64,000 bases of DNA from Bacteroidales bacterium (GCA_045222555.1 JBGUYY010000091.1:11598-75597), one strand, 5' to 3'. Shown: positions 16,691 to 27,788, counted from the first letter of the stretch. Numbers and translations are program-made. The notes: generated from the sequence alone by a model not told the origin.

Positions 16691-17932
16691 TCAGCGGTTC
16701 AGGTAGAACAGGGTGTTGTCGTGCTGCGGGATGACGGTTTCGTGCATCAACCGCAGAATCTGCTCCTCACTCACGGCACGGTACTTTTCAAGGTCATCCT
16801 CAAAATCTTCGGCCTTGCTAATGGACTCTTCCACTGCGAGGATGGAGGTACGACCGTCGAGTTTGATTTCATTGCTGAGCAGGGATGACTCGTTTTTGTT
16901 CTTGACTTTCTGTAGGTTATGTGAAAGCTGTGAACCGAACTGCAAGTCGTGGTACAAAAATTGTTCAAGCTGGCTGTTGGCCTCGTGGATGTCCACCCCA
17001 TCGGCGGGACGGGCCACGAGGGCGAGGATGCCGGGGCCTGCCGTACCGGTCACGGTCACGGAGATGTCGGTGAAGAGCTGCCGTTTGGCGATAAGCTCGC
17101 GGTAAAGGTACGACGATTTGGAGTTGCCGAGCAGGTCGGAGAGCAGGTCGAAGGCGTAGAAGTCGGGATGCAGGCGGTGAGGCATCTTCCAACCTTTGAG
17201 AAGCATCGGGTACGGCACGTTGCGGCTGACCGTCTTGACGCGTCCTGCCCGCTGTTGCGGTTCGTGCGGGTATTCGTGCGGTATGGCTTCTCCCGCCGGG
17301 ATGCTGCCGAACCATTTCTCCACCATCGGCACCACCTCTTCAAAATGCACCGGTCCGCCCACCACCAGCGCCGCATTGTTGGGGGTATAGAAGCGGCGGT
17401 AGAAGTTGCGTACAATATCCATCGTAACCGACTCGATATGAGATATTTTCTTGCCGATAGGCATCCATTTGTAAGGATATTTCCGATATACAAAATCGTT
17501 GAACAGTCCCCACAGGTCGCCGAAAGGCCGGTTCAGCGAAACCTCCTTGAACTCCTCAATCACCACATGTTTCTGTGTGTCGAGGCCAACGGGTTCGAAG
17601 GCGAGCTCCATCATACGGTCGGATTCCAGCCAGAGTGCTGTTTCGAGATTCTCGGCAGGCAGAATCACGTAGTATTGGGTGTGATCTTGCGAGGTGTAGG
17701 CGTTGTTGATGCCCCCCACCATCTGCAGTGGTGCGTCGTAGTTGGGAATGTTCTTTGATCCGCAGAACATGAAATGTTCCATCAGGTGCGCCAAGCCGGT
17801 CTGCTGAGGATCCTCATCGCGTGAGCCGACACAATATATAATATTGCACGCCACCAGCTGTGTGGTAAAATCTTCATGTACGAGAAGTTTCAGTCCGTTG
17901 GGAAGCGTGTGTCTTCGGAAGGGTATCGGCAT
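16691..17932 (-). CDS. M16 (pitrilysin/insulinase) family zinc peptidase
   Basis: HxxEH motif in GLAHLMEHFMFCGS. N-terminus HTLPNGLKLLVHED. Confidence 0.85.
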   Translation of the reverse strand: MPIPFRRHTLPNGLKLLVHEDFTTQLVACNIIYCVGSRDEDPQQTGLAHLMEHFMFCGSKNIPNYDAPLQMVGGINNAYTSQDHTQYYVILPAENLETALWLESDRMMELAFEPVGLDTQKHVVIEEFKEVSLNRPFGDLWGLFNDFVYRKYPYKWMPIGKKISHIESVTMDIVRNFYRRFYTPNNAALVVGGPVHFEEVVPMVEKWFGSIPAGEAIPHEYPHEPQQRAGRVKTVSRNVPYPMLLKGWKMPHRLHPDFYAFDLLSDLLGNSKSSYLYRELIAKRQLFTDISVTVTGTAGPGILALVARPADGVDIHEANSQLEQFLYHDLQFGSQLSHNLQKVKNKNESSLLSNEIKLDGRTSILAVEESISKAEDFEDDLEKYRAVSEEQILRLMHETVIPQHDNTLFYLNR

Positions 17933-17936
17933 GGTA

Positions 17937-18362
17937 TTAGCTTTGGAAGGGTTTTGTCACCACGAAGGTGACGTTCTTTTCGATGCGCTTGCGGAAAACC
18001 CACAGCAGGACAAAGTACAGTGCGGTGAGGCCGAGCGACACGACCACGTTGACCCACTCCGCCGAGCAGACAAGGTACATGAGGCAGAAGGAGGCAAACA
18101 GCACGATGAACGGCACCAAGTAGCAGATGACCACCGCTTTCATGGCGAGGGTCTGTCGCATCTCCACCGCCACGGTGTCGCCCACGGACAGATCAAGGCG
18201 GTTGATGTTGATGGCGTTCACCACCTTGTCGCGGCTTTCGGCAGCCCCGCAGATTCCTTTGGCATGGCAGCCGGAACAGGCCGATCCGACGGTCATCTTC
18301 ACCGTAACTTTCAACCCATCAACAGATTGAACGATGCCTTCATGTTTGATGCTATTCTCCAT
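17937..18362 (-). CDS. RseC/MucC family (SoxR-reducing system) membrane protein
   Basis: HEGIVQSVDGLKVTVKM...SACSGCHAKGICG followed by two TM helices. The start is uncertain: ATG at 18362 overlaps the upstream stop by 11 nt, and the alternatives are 18392 and 18413. Confidence 0.65.
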   Translation of the reverse strand: MENSIKHEGIVQSVDGLKVTVKMTVGSACSGCHAKGICGAAESRDKVVNAININRLDLSVGDTVAVEMRQTLAMKAVVICYLVPFIVLFASFCLMYLVCSAEWVNVVVSLGLTALYFVLLWVFRKRIEKNVTFVVTKPFQS

Positions 18363-18987
18363 CTTCCTCTTGTCTTCTTTTAAGTTCTTCATCGATTTCT
18401 GCCGCCAGCTCAAAATTCTCAGCCTCCTCTGCTGTTTTCAGCAGTTGTCGCAACTGCCGTTCGGAAGCCATGGTGAGGTCGAGCGGGATGGATTCGCCGT
18501 TGCCCAGTTCAAAGTGGTCGGGTTCGCCGTCATCGGACAGCATGTCGGGCTGGGAGGTTGACTGCGATTGCAGGAACTTATCCTTCTGGTTGTAGGAGGT
18601 GGCGTTGAACACCGACTCCACAAAGCAGATGGGAGCATGGGCTTTGAGGGCCAGCACCACTGCGTCCGACAGGCGCGATTCGATTTGGAAAGCGCCCTGC
18701 GGACCCTGCAGTTCGAGATGGGCAAGATAAATGCCTTCGCGGAAACCGTCCACCAGCACCTTCTCCACCCTTGCGCCGGAGTGGTCGAGCAGGGTCATGA
18801 AAAGGTCGTAGGACATCGGACGGGGGAGTCGGATGTGGTTCAGTTCCAGCACCACACTCCTCGCTTCGTTGAGTCCGATAAGCACCGGCACGAAGCGGTC
18901 GCCGCCTTTCTCGTGCAGCACCAAGGTGAACGCATCGCCAGAAACAGGCATTCGCTGGGGGTAAACCACTTCGACTTCAATTTCCAT
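18352..18987 (-). CDS. Bifunctional nuclease (BFN/DUF151) with a C-terminal UVR motif
   Basis: FVPVLIGLNEARSVVLEL is a DUF151 core. RQLRQLLKTAEEAENFELAAEIDEELKRRQ is UvrB/C-type. A TACTTTTG box lies upstream at about 19007-19014. Confidence 0.8.
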   Translation of the reverse strand: MEIEVEVVYPQRMPVSGDAFTLVLHEKGGDRFVPVLIGLNEARSVVLELNHIRLPRPMSYDLFMTLLDHSGARVEKVLVDGFREGIYLAHLELQGPQGAFQIESRLSDAVVLALKAHAPICFVESVFNATSYNQKDKFLQSQSTSQPDMLSDDGEPDHFELGNGESIPLDLTMASERQLRQLLKTAEEAENFELAAEIDEELKRRQEEDGE

Positions 18988-19150
18988 TTTTGCGGATTTT
19001 GTGGGTGCAAAAGTACGATTTTTAATTCTAATTTGAAAAACAATCTTTCATTATCCCTTCGTTAAAAGGTTATTATTTATGTTTAAATCATTGATAAATA
19101 ATCAATTAAAATAATTTTTCAAAAAATATGAATAACTATTAAAAAATATG

Positions 19151-19158
19151 TATTTTTG
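19151..19158 (+). promoter_or_regulatory. -7 box TATTTTTG for tRNA-Gln
   Basis: Matches TAnnTTTG, 25 nt upstream of the tRNA 5' end. Confidence 0.5.
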
Positions 19159-19182
19159 CAGTCTGTTGATTTGACCAATTAT

Positions 19183-19256
19183 TGGGCGTTGGTGTAATGG
19201 CAACACTACAGATTCTGGTCCTGTCATTGAAGGTTCGAGTCCTTCACGCCCAACCA
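19183..19256 (+). tRNA. tRNA-Gln (anticodon CTG), 74 nt with encoded CCA
   Basis: Hand-folded cloverleaf. Acceptor TGGGCGT/ACGCCCA. D stem GTGT/ACAC. Anticodon arm ACAGA-TTCTGGT-CCTGT with one A-C mismatch at 31-39. T arm GAAGG-TTCGAGT-CCTTC. Discriminator A plus CCA. Confidence 0.85.
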
Positions 19257-19257
19257 A

Positions 19258-19287
19258 AAAGACCTGCCTGAAAGCAGGTCTTTTTTT
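19258..19287 (+). terminator. Rho-independent terminator after the tRNA
   Basis: Stem AAAGACCTGC / GCAGGTCTTT with loop CTGAAA, followed by a T-run. Confidence 0.75.
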
Positions 19288-19386
19288 GTTCAATATGCTC
19301 ATATTTTTTAATAATTTTGAGCGAAGTGTTACACAATGAAAAAAAACTTGTAAATTTGCAGCCTTAAATTTATAAACATAGTAAAA

Positions 19387-20169
19387 ATGGCAAATACCGA
19401 AAAATTAGGCGATTTGAAAGATAACGTGGAAAAAGAAAATGTAAAAAAACAGACCAATGCTGACAAATTAGGCTCTGTTCAGGGCGAAAAAGGCAAGTTG
19501 GCCGCTTGGTATGCTAAGAACAAGAAAATCATCGACATCATTTTCTTTGCAGTAATCATCGTGATTTTGCTGGCGATTGTTTATTACCAGTGGTTGGCTC
19601 CGAAGTGGAACAACGCTGCCTCTGAAAATGCGCAGCCCACCGTTGCCCAAGCTGTACAGAACTCCACTTTGAGCACCGACACTGCCGTGCTGAAGGCTGC
19701 TCTGGAAGGTGATGAGGCTGGCGAGACCGAAGGTTTCCTCTCTGTGATTGAGAGCTACGATCACCCCGGTTTCAAGACCGCCCGCGCTGCCAAGTTCAGC
19801 TTGAAATACTATGCAGCTCTCTGCTACCTCAACCTCGGTCAGGAAGATGAGGCCCTCGAGACCCTGCTGAAAATGAAAAAACGCGACAACTATCTCTGGT
19901 ATGAAGCCCAGATGCTGATTGGTGACCTGTACGATGATCAGGACGATATGGACAATGCCAAGAAGTATTTCGAGAAGGCTGCCAAGGGCGAGACCGATTT
20001 CGTGGCTCCTATCGCTCTCTGGAAACTCGGTATGCTCTGCGAGCGTGAAGGCGACTGGGACGGTGCTTTCAAGAATTACGAAGAGATTCAGAAAGAATAC
20101 CCCGAAAGATACAACCAGATGGGTGTCGCCAAGTATTACGAACGTGCTAAAATCAAAGCCGGAAAATAA
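19387..20169 (+). CDS. Membrane-anchored TPR protein (YfgM-like)
   Basis: Single TM helix IIDIIFFAVIIVILLAIVYY followed by TPR-like helices. Confidence 0.65.
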   Translation: MANTEKLGDLKDNVEKENVKKQTNADKLGSVQGEKGKLAAWYAKNKKIIDIIFFAVIIVILLAIVYYQWLAPKWNNAASENAQPTVAQAVQNSTLSTDTAVLKAALEGDEAGETEGFLSVIESYDHPGFKTARAAKFSLKYYAALCYLNLGQEDEALETLLKMKKRDNYLWYEAQMLIGDLYDDQDDMDNAKKYFEKAAKGETDFVAPIALWKLGMLCEREGDWDGAFKNYEEIQKEYPERYNQMGVAKYYERAKIKAGK

Positions 20170-20666
20170 TGGAGAAAAAGAAAAACCTTTCCGATATTTT
20201 CGTTCCCAACACCGATAATGCCAATTTCAAAATTGGCATTATTGTTAGTAAGTGGAATGAAACCATTACAGGTGCGCTGAAAGAGGGTGCCATGCAGACC
20301 CTTCTGGAGTCAGGTGTGCCGAAGAAAAACATCCTTGATTTCGAGGTGCCGGGCAGCTTCGAGCTTCCCAGTGCGGCCGCCATGCTGCTCGATGCCAACG
20401 AGGACGTTGACGCTGTCATTTGTCTCGGCTGCATCATCCAGGGCGAGACCCGCCACTTCGAGTTCATCGCGCAGGCGGTAGCCAACGGCATCGCCAAGGT
20501 GGGGATCGAGTACACGGTACCCGTCATCTTTGGCGTGCTGACCTGCAACACTGCCGAGCAGGCCGCCGACCGTTCGGGAGGCAAGCACGGCAACAAAGGC
20601 GTGGAGGCCGCAGCCTCGTGTCTGCAGATGCTCCACACCCATAAAATGATGTATAGCAAGAAATAA
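20169..20666 (+). CDS. ribH: 6,7-dimethyl-8-ribityllumazine synthase
   Basis: FKIGIIVSKWNETIT, EVPGSFELP, GCIIQGETRHFEF. Confidence 0.92.
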   Translation: MEKKKNLSDIFVPNTDNANFKIGIIVSKWNETITGALKEGAMQTLLESGVPKKNILDFEVPGSFELPSAAAMLLDANEDVDAVICLGCIIQGETRHFEFIAQAVANGIAKVGIEYTVPVIFGVLTCNTAEQAADRSGGKHGNKGVEAAASCLQMLHTHKMMYSKK

Positions 20667-20667
20667 C

Positions 20668-21615
20668 ATGAGAGTAGTTTTCATGGGAACCCCCGAATTC
20701 GCGGTGGGCGCCTTGGAGGCCATCCACCAGTCGCACCATGAGGTGCTGGCGGTGGTGACGGCTCCCGACAAGCCGGCCGGCCGCGGACTCAAGCTGAAGG
20801 CCTCCGAGGTGAAGGAGTATGCCCTCGCCCACCAATTGCCAGTGCTGCAGCCCGAAAAGTTGCGCGATGAGAACTTCCTCGCCCAGCTGCGGGCGTTGAA
20901 TGCCGACATTTTCGTGGTGGTGGCCTTCCGCATGCTGCCGGAGGTGGTGTACGCCATGCCGCCCTTCGGCACGTTCAACATCCATGCCTCGCTGTTGCCC
21001 AACTACCGCGGTGCCGCCCCCATCCACTGGGCGGTCATGAACGGCGAGACCCGCACCGGGGTCACCTCCTTCTTCCTGAACCACCAGATTGACACTGGCG
21101 ACATCATCGGTACCACCGAGGTGGAGATCGGTCCGGCGGAAACCACCGGCGAGCTCTATGAGCGGCTGATGCACTGCGGTGCCGAGCTGGCGGTACATAC
21201 CCTCGACCTCGTGGAGAGCGGGCAGGCCCATCCGCACCGGCAGGAGGAGACCGCCGACCTCAAGCCCGCCCCGAAGATTTTCAAGGAGGACACCTTCATC
21301 GACTGGAGCCTGCCCGCCCGCGACATCTTCAACAAAATTCGTGGTCTTTCGCCCTTCCCGGGCGCCTGCACCCGCATCACCAATAAGAAGGGAGAGGTGG
21401 AGCTGGTGAAGATTCTGGAGGCCGAAATCAAGCCCGTAAACGCTGTAAAACAAACGGGTACAATTGAGATAGAACAGGGCAATTCTTTCGAAATCTACGC
21501 CAAAGATGGCAAAATTTCAGTAAAAACTATCCAATTTCAGGGCAAATCAAGGCAGCAAATCGGTGATTTTCTGAATGGATTCCATCCTGAGAACTATGAA
21601 TTAACATTTTTATAA
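20668..21615 (+). CDS. fmt: Methionyl-tRNA formyltransferase
   Basis: MRVVFMGTPEFAV, VVTAPDKPAGRG, NIHASLLPNYRGAAPI. Confidence 0.92.
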   Translation: MRVVFMGTPEFAVGALEAIHQSHHEVLAVVTAPDKPAGRGLKLKASEVKEYALAHQLPVLQPEKLRDENFLAQLRALNADIFVVVAFRMLPEVVYAMPPFGTFNIHASLLPNYRGAAPIHWAVMNGETRTGVTSFFLNHQIDTGDIIGTTEVEIGPAETTGELYERLMHCGAELAVHTLDLVESGQAHPHRQEETADLKPAPKIFKEDTFIDWSLPARDIFNKIRGLSPFPGACTRITNKKGEVELVKILEAEIKPVNAVKQTGTIEIEQGNSFEIYAKDGKISVKTIQFQGKSRQQIGDFLNGFHPENYELTFL

Positions 21616-21710
21616 TATTGATTATGAATTATTTATAGTTTTTCATTTTCAATAGTTATCTTTTTTTTATAAAAATTGAGGAAAAAGAGTTGGAATATTA
21701 AAAATACTCT

Positions 21711-21718
21711 TATATTTG
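21711..21718 (+). promoter_or_regulatory. -7 box TATATTTG, with a TTG at 21690-21692 as a candidate -33 element, for hup
   Basis: Matches TAnnTTTG. The TTG lies 18 nt upstream. Confidence 0.5.
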
Positions 21719-21759
21719 CGCTGTAAAAGTTAATATATTAACCATTTAAAATTATTCAC

Positions 21760-22023
21760 ATGAACAAGAGCGAATTGATTGATGCCATTGCTGCAAAAGC
21801 TGGCCTGAAAAAAGCTGATGCCAAGAACGCCCTCGAGGCTTTCATGGCTGCCACTTCTGACACTCTGAAAGAAGGTGGTAAAGTTTCCCTCGTTGGTTTC
21901 GGTACCTTCTCTGTCACCGAGCGCGGTGCAAGACAGGGTCGCAACCCGAAAACCGGTGCTACCATGACCATTCCCGCAAAGAAGGTTGTGAAATTCAAAG
22001 CCGGTGCTGAAATGGGCCGCTAA
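21760..22023 (+). CDS. hup: HU family DNA-binding protein
   Basis: [11 protein letters not shown]...[21 protein letters not shown]. Confidence 0.92.
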   Translation: MNKSELIDAIAAKAGLKKADAKNALEAFMAATSDTLKEGGKVSLVGFGTFSVTERGARQGRNPKTGATMTIPAKKVVKFKAGAEMGR

Positions 22024-22045
22024 GCGGATAGCATTCAAGCAGATT

Positions 22046-22075
22046 AAGCCCCATGAAAATGGGGCTTTCTTTTTC
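22046..22075 (+). terminator. Rho-independent terminator after hup
   Basis: Stem AAGCCCCA / TGGGGCTT with loop TGAAAA, followed by a T-rich tail. Confidence 0.7.
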
Positions 22076-22097
22076 TCTCATTAGAAAACAAACATCG

Positions 22098-23387
<1,290 letters not shown>

Positions 23388-23392
23388 AACGA

Positions 23393-23421
23393 AGGGCGGC
23401 CAAACGGTCGCCCTTTTTGTT
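23393..23421 (+). terminator. Rho-independent terminator after tyrS
   Basis: Stem AGGGCGGCC / GGTCGCCCT with loop AAAC, followed by a T-run. Confidence 0.7.
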
Positions 23422-23446
23422 TTGTTGTCATGAAACGCTCCGTCTT

Positions 23447-23890
23447 CTATTTGGAGAGATAGATGGTGAGGGTGGACTCTTCCACCTTCACAAACTCCTC
23501 TCCGAAGGTCTCCGACTCTTTCAGGTAGTCGGTGAGCTCCGACTGGGTGAACTGGTAGCTGTTGAGGTTCTTGCCTTTGTGTTTCACCAGCTCTTCCACC
23601 GAAAGGTTAAGTTGGCGGTTCGACTCGCGGAAGGCGGGGTTGAGCAGGGCGAACCCTTTGGCCTTGAAGGTAAGGCGGAGGTCAGAGGAGACATCGGCCT
23701 TGTTTTTGCCTGCCGGCAGGTCGATGCAGTTCACCTTGTAGTCGTACGTGACCGTGTATTCACGGGAGAGGGTGACGAACACCCATAGCATCGCACTGAT
23801 AGCCAAACAGAGAATGAAAGCCAACGAGGGCATCTTCAGATGCCCCTGGCCGTTGGTGATTTCTTGTCGGATCTGTTCAGCGGTTCTCAT
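23447..23890 (-). CDS. Small membrane-anchored protein, YbbR-like (short)
   Basis: TM helix LAFILCLAISAMLWVFV. It sits after yajC, where Bacteroidota usually carry a YbbR-like gene. The call is by position and weak similarity only. Confidence 0.45.
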   Translation of the reverse strand: MRTAEQIRQEITNGQGHLKMPSLAFILCLAISAMLWVFVTLSREYTVTYDYKVNCIDLPAGKNKADVSSDLRLTFKAKGFALLNPAFRESNRQLNLSVEELVKHKGKNLNSYQFTQSELTDYLKESETFGEEFVKVEESTLTIYLSK

Positions 23891-23896
23891 TGCACA

Positions 23897-24208
23897 CTAT
23901 TTAAGAGCTGCATCGTTGAAGGCGATGGCCGTCTTGTCAACTTCAATGTGGGTGTTGTCCTCAACGGCAATGACGAAGGTCTGCTCGCGGATTTCCACAA
24001 TCTTACCATGGATGCCGCCTGCGGTGACCACTTTGTCGCCTTTGGTGAGGGCTTCGCGGGCCTGCTGCAGTTTCTTCTGGCGTTTCTGCTGCGGACGGAT
24101 CATGAAGAAGTAGAAAATGACGATGAGCAGCACAATCATACCGATGGTCATCCAACCTTGTCCCTTAGGACTTTGAGCTTGCTGTTGCAATAAGAAAAGA
24201 GAATACAT
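23897..24208 (-). CDS. yajC: Preprotein translocase subunit YajC
   Basis: TM helix followed by RPQQKRQKKLQQAREALTKGDKVVTAGGIHGKIVEI. Confidence 0.85.
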   Translation of the reverse strand: MYSLFLLQQQAQSPKGQGWMTIGMIVLLIVIFYFFMIRPQQKRQKKLQQAREALTKGDKVVTAGGIHGKIVEIREQTFVIAVEDNTHIEVDKTAIAFNDAALK

Positions 24209-24237
24209 AATGAAAAATTTATGGATTAAAAAATGAA

Positions 24238-24702
24238 TTATTGTTTAATGACGTGGGCTTTGATGGTGAGCACGGCGGGCGATGGGTAGGCGTTGGAGGC
24301 CACGCGCACTTTGTTCTCCACGTCGCCCATTTTGGTTTTGGAGTCGAAGGTGACATCAATTTTCCCTTTTTCGCCGGGCTTGATGGGGGCGCGTGGGGGA
24401 GTGGAGGTGGTGCAGCCGCACGATGCGCTGGTGGAGGAGATGACCAATGCCGATTTGCCGGTGTTGGTGAAGGTGAAGGTGTGGGTGAGTTTTTCGCCCT
24501 GCATCACGTTGCCGAAGTCGTAGGAGGTGTGCTCGAATTGAATTTTCGGCCCGTTGGGATCCACTTTTGAGGCCTTGCCGTCCTTGGTGTCGGCGGTGGC
24601 GGGGATGTTGACCACCGAAGGGTTTTCCTGTTGGCCGCAACCCGACAGGAGGGCGGCGGAAAACAGCATTACAACACCTAAAAATATTTTTATTTTATTC
24701 AT
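24238..24702 (-). CDS. DUF1573 domain lipoprotein
   Basis: Lipobox LLSGC. FEHTSYDFGNVMQGEKLTHTFTFTNTGKSALVI...ASCGCT. Confidence 0.8.
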   Translation of the reverse strand: MNKIKIFLGVVMLFSAALLSGCGQQENPSVVNIPATADTKDGKASKVDPNGPKIQFEHTSYDFGNVMQGEKLTHTFTFTNTGKSALVISSTSASCGCTTSTPPRAPIKPGEKGKIDVTFDSKTKMGDVENKVRVASNAYPSPAVLTIKAHVIKQ

Positions 24703-24715
24703 TATTAATAACTTA

Positions 24716-25672
24716 CTAATTTAAACTACGATCCAGAAGACCTCTACCCTGCTTGTTGAGGCGCCCCTCTTCGCGCAGTTCGCGCGCAATCTTATCCACC
24801 AGTCCGTTGATGAACAGTCCGCTCTTTTCGGAGCCGTAGGTGCGGGCAATCTCGATGTACTCGTTGATGGTCACCTTGGTGGGGATGCTGGGGAATTCCA
24901 TCAGCTCGCACACGGCCATCTTCATCAGAATCATGTCGGTTTCGATGATGCGGTCGCTCTCCCAGTTTTTGAGGTTGGCCTCAATCATGCGCTGGTATTC
25001 GGCGTCGTTTTGAATGGTCTTTTTATAAAGATTTTTAAAGAAAAGCACATCCTCGACCTCGTCTTTGTAGAGCGGCGACATTTTCACCTGCTCTTGGGTG
25101 GCTTTCCAGAAGCTGATGCCCTGATACACCTGCAGCAGGGCGTCGTTGTAGTCGTCGAACCAGTGTACGAACTTCTCCTCGAAGTACCAGTGCAGGAGTT
25201 CGCTTTCGGCGAATACTTTTTCCAAGATGGTGAGGATGAGTTCTTTGTCGGTTTTGTAGTTGGTGTCGGAGGCGGCCATGTAAGCCTGATATTCGGGCAG
25301 GGCCTCAATCTGGTTGAACAGGTTGATGATGAGCTCCTTGTTTTCCACCCAGTTGATTTTGAGGGAGCGCCAGTAGCGGTTGAGTTGTTCGCTTTCCTCC
25401 ATCTGGCGGATCACGCGGTTATCGACGAAACGGGTGTTCGGGTTCAGATCCTCCTCCGTTGGGAAGATCTTGTTTTTGCGGTCTTCCTGCTTAGTTTCGA
25501 TATAATGTTTGATTTCTGGGAAGATGGAGTAGAAATAAACGGAGAGCACTTCGCACTGCCGGATGGAGTCTTCCAGCTGTTTTTCGCCCATAAACATCTG
25601 CGTGTCAGGGTTGGCTTGGCGGGCATAGATGGCTTGCATCACCTTGATTCTCAAATATCTTCTGCTAATCAT
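24716..25672 (-). CDS. nusB: Transcription antitermination factor NusB (long Bacteroidota form)
   Basis: ATG at 25672 (MISRRYLRIKVMQAIYA). The TTG start at 25696 lies inside the -7 box. The NusB domain is C-terminal (PTKVTINEYIEIARTYGSEKSGLFINGLVD). Confidence 0.8.
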   Translation of the reverse strand: MISRRYLRIKVMQAIYARQANPDTQMFMGEKQLEDSIRQCEVLSVYFYSIFPEIKHYIETKQEDRKNKIFPTEEDLNPNTRFVDNRVIRQMEESEQLNRYWRSLKINWVENKELIINLFNQIEALPEYQAYMAASDTNYKTDKELILTILEKVFAESELLHWYFEEKFVHWFDDYNDALLQVYQGISFWKATQEQVKMSPLYKDEVEDVLFFKNLYKKTIQNDAEYQRMIEANLKNWESDRIIETDMILMKMAVCELMEFPSIPTKVTINEYIEIARTYGSEKSGLFINGLVDKIARELREEGRLNKQGRGLLDRSLN

Positions 25673-25693
25673 ACTCTTTGACAAATTAGGCTG

Positions 25694-25701
25694 CAAAAGT
25701 A
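25694..25701 (-). promoter_or_regulatory. -7 box TACTTTTG (minus strand) for the nusB-DUF1573-yajC operon
   Basis: The reverse complement of caaaagta matches TAnnTTTG. Confidence 0.45.
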
Positions 25702-25776
25702 CATAAAATCTTTCATTCTTTCCCCATTATTTCAAGAAAATCACGTAATTTTGCACCCTCAATTCAAAAATAGTCT

Positions 25777-26517
25777 ATGGGAAATGAAGTACGGATGGGA
25801 GGATTTCAGATTCTTCCGCCAGTGATTAAGAATTTACTGATTATCAATGCGCTTTTTTTCTTGGCCGATGTGGTGTTCAGAATCAAGGGGATTGATTTGA
25901 GTGAATGGTTAGGATTGCACTATTTTGGAGCTTCCGACTTTGCCATCTGGCAGCCGGTAACCTATATGTTCATGCATCGCGATTTCGGGCACCTGTTTTT
26001 CAACATGTTCGCTTTGTGGATGTTCGGGGCGGCCATCGAAAACTATTGGGGCACCAAGCGGTTCCTCATCTTCTATTTTGTGGCGGGCATAGGAGCAGCA
26101 CTGGTGTACGAAATATGGCAATACATTGATATTACTTACGTTAAGCACCTTCAGGACTATATAATGGTGAGAGTTCCAAATCCGGAAACCAAAGGGGAGG
26201 AATTTTACACGGTTGATGAATTCATCAACAAGATGACCTTGGTGGGGGCTTCGGGAGCGGTGTACGGACTGCTGTTGGCTTTCGGCATGTTGTTTCCCAA
26301 CGCGCTTCTCTTTCTCTATTTTCTTATCCCCATCAAAGCCAAGTGGTTTGTGATCATTTATGGCGGACTCGAAGTTTTGTACTGCATCTTTGCCTCCAAC
26401 GATGGCATTGCCCATATCGCCCATCTCGGGGGTATGCTCTTCGGATTGTTTCTTATTCTTTATTGGAAAAGAAAAGACAAACGAAGAAATACCTTTTACG
26501 AATATCCTTTTCAGTAA
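25777..26517 (+). CDS. Rhomboid family intramembrane serine protease
   Basis: Multi-TM protein with GASGAVYGLLLAFG (catalytic Ser) and AHLGGMLFG (His). Confidence 0.85.
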   Translation: MGNEVRMGGFQILPPVIKNLLIINALFFLADVVFRIKGIDLSEWLGLHYFGASDFAIWQPVTYMFMHRDFGHLFFNMFALWMFGAAIENYWGTKRFLIFYFVAGIGAALVYEIWQYIDITYVKHLQDYIMVRVPNPETKGEEFYTVDEFINKMTLVGASGAVYGLLLAFGMLFPNALLFLYFLIPIKAKWFVIIYGGLEVLYCIFASNDGIAHIAHLGGMLFGLFLILYWKRKDKRRNTFYEYPFQ

Positions 26518-26550
26518 TCTTTATTCATCCCCCAGACCCTCCACAACCTT

Positions 26551-27705
26551 ATGGCACAGAAAGAGTTGGTAAAAAAAGTTTTATTTTGGATTGTATTGGT
26601 TTTCAATATAATAGCTGCCCTATTGCTGCTGATGTCGTGGATGGCAGGTTTTGTACATCCCTCCATTTCGCGGTTGGTGGTGTTCTGCGGGCTGGGCTTT
26701 CCCTATCTGCTGATCATCAACATCGGCTTTGTGCTGGCGTGGCTGTTTCTTGACTACCGTTTTTGCTTGCTTTCCATTGCTCTTATTTTATTGAATATTA
26801 ATACGATAGATAAGCATTTTCAATTCCGTGGCGCGGATGTGCCGGAAAACTGTCCCAACTCCATCAAGGTGTTGAGTTATAATACGAATTTGTTTGGCTT
26901 GTATCAGGACAGTGACATGGGGCGGCGGCGTGCCGACTTGCAGGAGATTATCGGATACCTGCAGGTGGTCAATCCCGATGTGGCCTGTTTTCAGGAATTC
27001 TTCTGGGACAAGAGCGAGACGTTGAATTTCCACACGCGCGACCAGGTGGCGGCGTTGATGAATGTGGAGGAGACGCCGCAGCACTGCTACCTGTACTTCA
27101 CCGACACGTCGCAGAGCAAATATTACTTCGGGGTGGCGATTTACAGCAAGTACAAGATTGTGGCTGCCGGTCCGGTGCTGGACGACCAGAGTTCGAATGC
27201 GATCATCTATGCGGACATCAAGTTCCGTGAGGATACGGTGCGGGTGTATAATGCGCACCTGTCGTCCATCCACATGAGTGCGACCGACTATGCCATCAGC
27301 CGGCAGCTCACGGCTCATGCGGGGCAGGACCCGGCTTTTGAGAAGAACGCGAAGAAGCTGTACCGCAAGGTGGCCGATGCTGCTGCCACCCGGCAGATGC
27401 AGGCCGACTCGTTGCGCAGCCATATCGACCTGTGTCCCTATCCGGTCATCGTGTGCGGCGACTTCAACGATACGCCGGCCGGCTACTGCTACAACACCGT
27501 TGCCCGTCACCTGGACGACAGTTTCCGCAAGAGCGGCAAGGGGCGCGGCATGACCTACCACGGCGGCTCCATGCCCAACTACCGCATTGACTACATCTTA
27601 CATTCGCCGTGCTACCTCTCCTACGGCTATACGGTGGGGAAAGAGATGGGGATCTCCGACCATTATCCCGTCACCACCACCATCTCATTATTGAAGAAAA
27701 AATAA
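26551..27705 (+). CDS. Endonuclease/exonuclease/phosphatase (EEP) family membrane protein
   Basis: N-terminal TM helices. EEP motifs VLSYNTNLF, VCGDFNDTP and ISDHYPV. Confidence 0.8.
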   Translation: MAQKELVKKVLFWIVLVFNIIAALLLLMSWMAGFVHPSISRLVVFCGLGFPYLLIINIGFVLAWLFLDYRFCLLSIALILLNINTIDKHFQFRGADVPENCPNSIKVLSYNTNLFGLYQDSDMGRRRADLQEIIGYLQVVNPDVACFQEFFWDKSETLNFHTRDQVAALMNVEETPQHCYLYFTDTSQSKYYFGVAIYSKYKIVAAGPVLDDQSSNAIIYADIKFREDTVRVYNAHLSSIHMSATDYAISRQLTAHAGQDPAFEKNAKKLYRKVADAAATRQMQADSLRSHIDLCPYPVIVCGDFNDTPAGYCYNTVARHLDDSFRKSGKGRGMTYHGGSMPNYRIDYILHSPCYLSYGYTVGKEMGISDHYPVTTTISLLKKK

Positions 27706-27788
27706 TTGATGCAATATTGGTAAAAATCCCGTATTTTTGCAGCCCTTTTGTAACAACCAATTTTATTCATTTCAATTCTTAAAATTTT

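Noticed and set aside
16691-17932. Two M16 peptidase paralogs (here and at 43942-45174), considered as a split or duplicated pair of interest.
   Set aside because: Both carry an intact HxxEH motif and are ordinary family members. Their separation does not by itself indicate anything unusual.
19102-19302. 66-aa minus-strand ORF.
   Set aside because: It lies directly antisense to the tRNA-Gln and its terminator.
20100-20168. Looked for an FMN riboswitch upstream of ribH and a structured leader upstream of tyrS.
   Set aside because: ribH starts at the stop codon of the preceding TPR gene (TAATG overlap), leaving no leader. The tyrS leader is about 20 nt after the hup terminator. Neither region contains conserved riboswitch blocks.
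22053-22097. N-terminal extension of tyrS ([15 protein letters not shown]).
   Set aside because: The ATG at 22053 sits inside the hup terminator hairpin. The conserved TyrRS N-terminus begins at the ATG at 22098.
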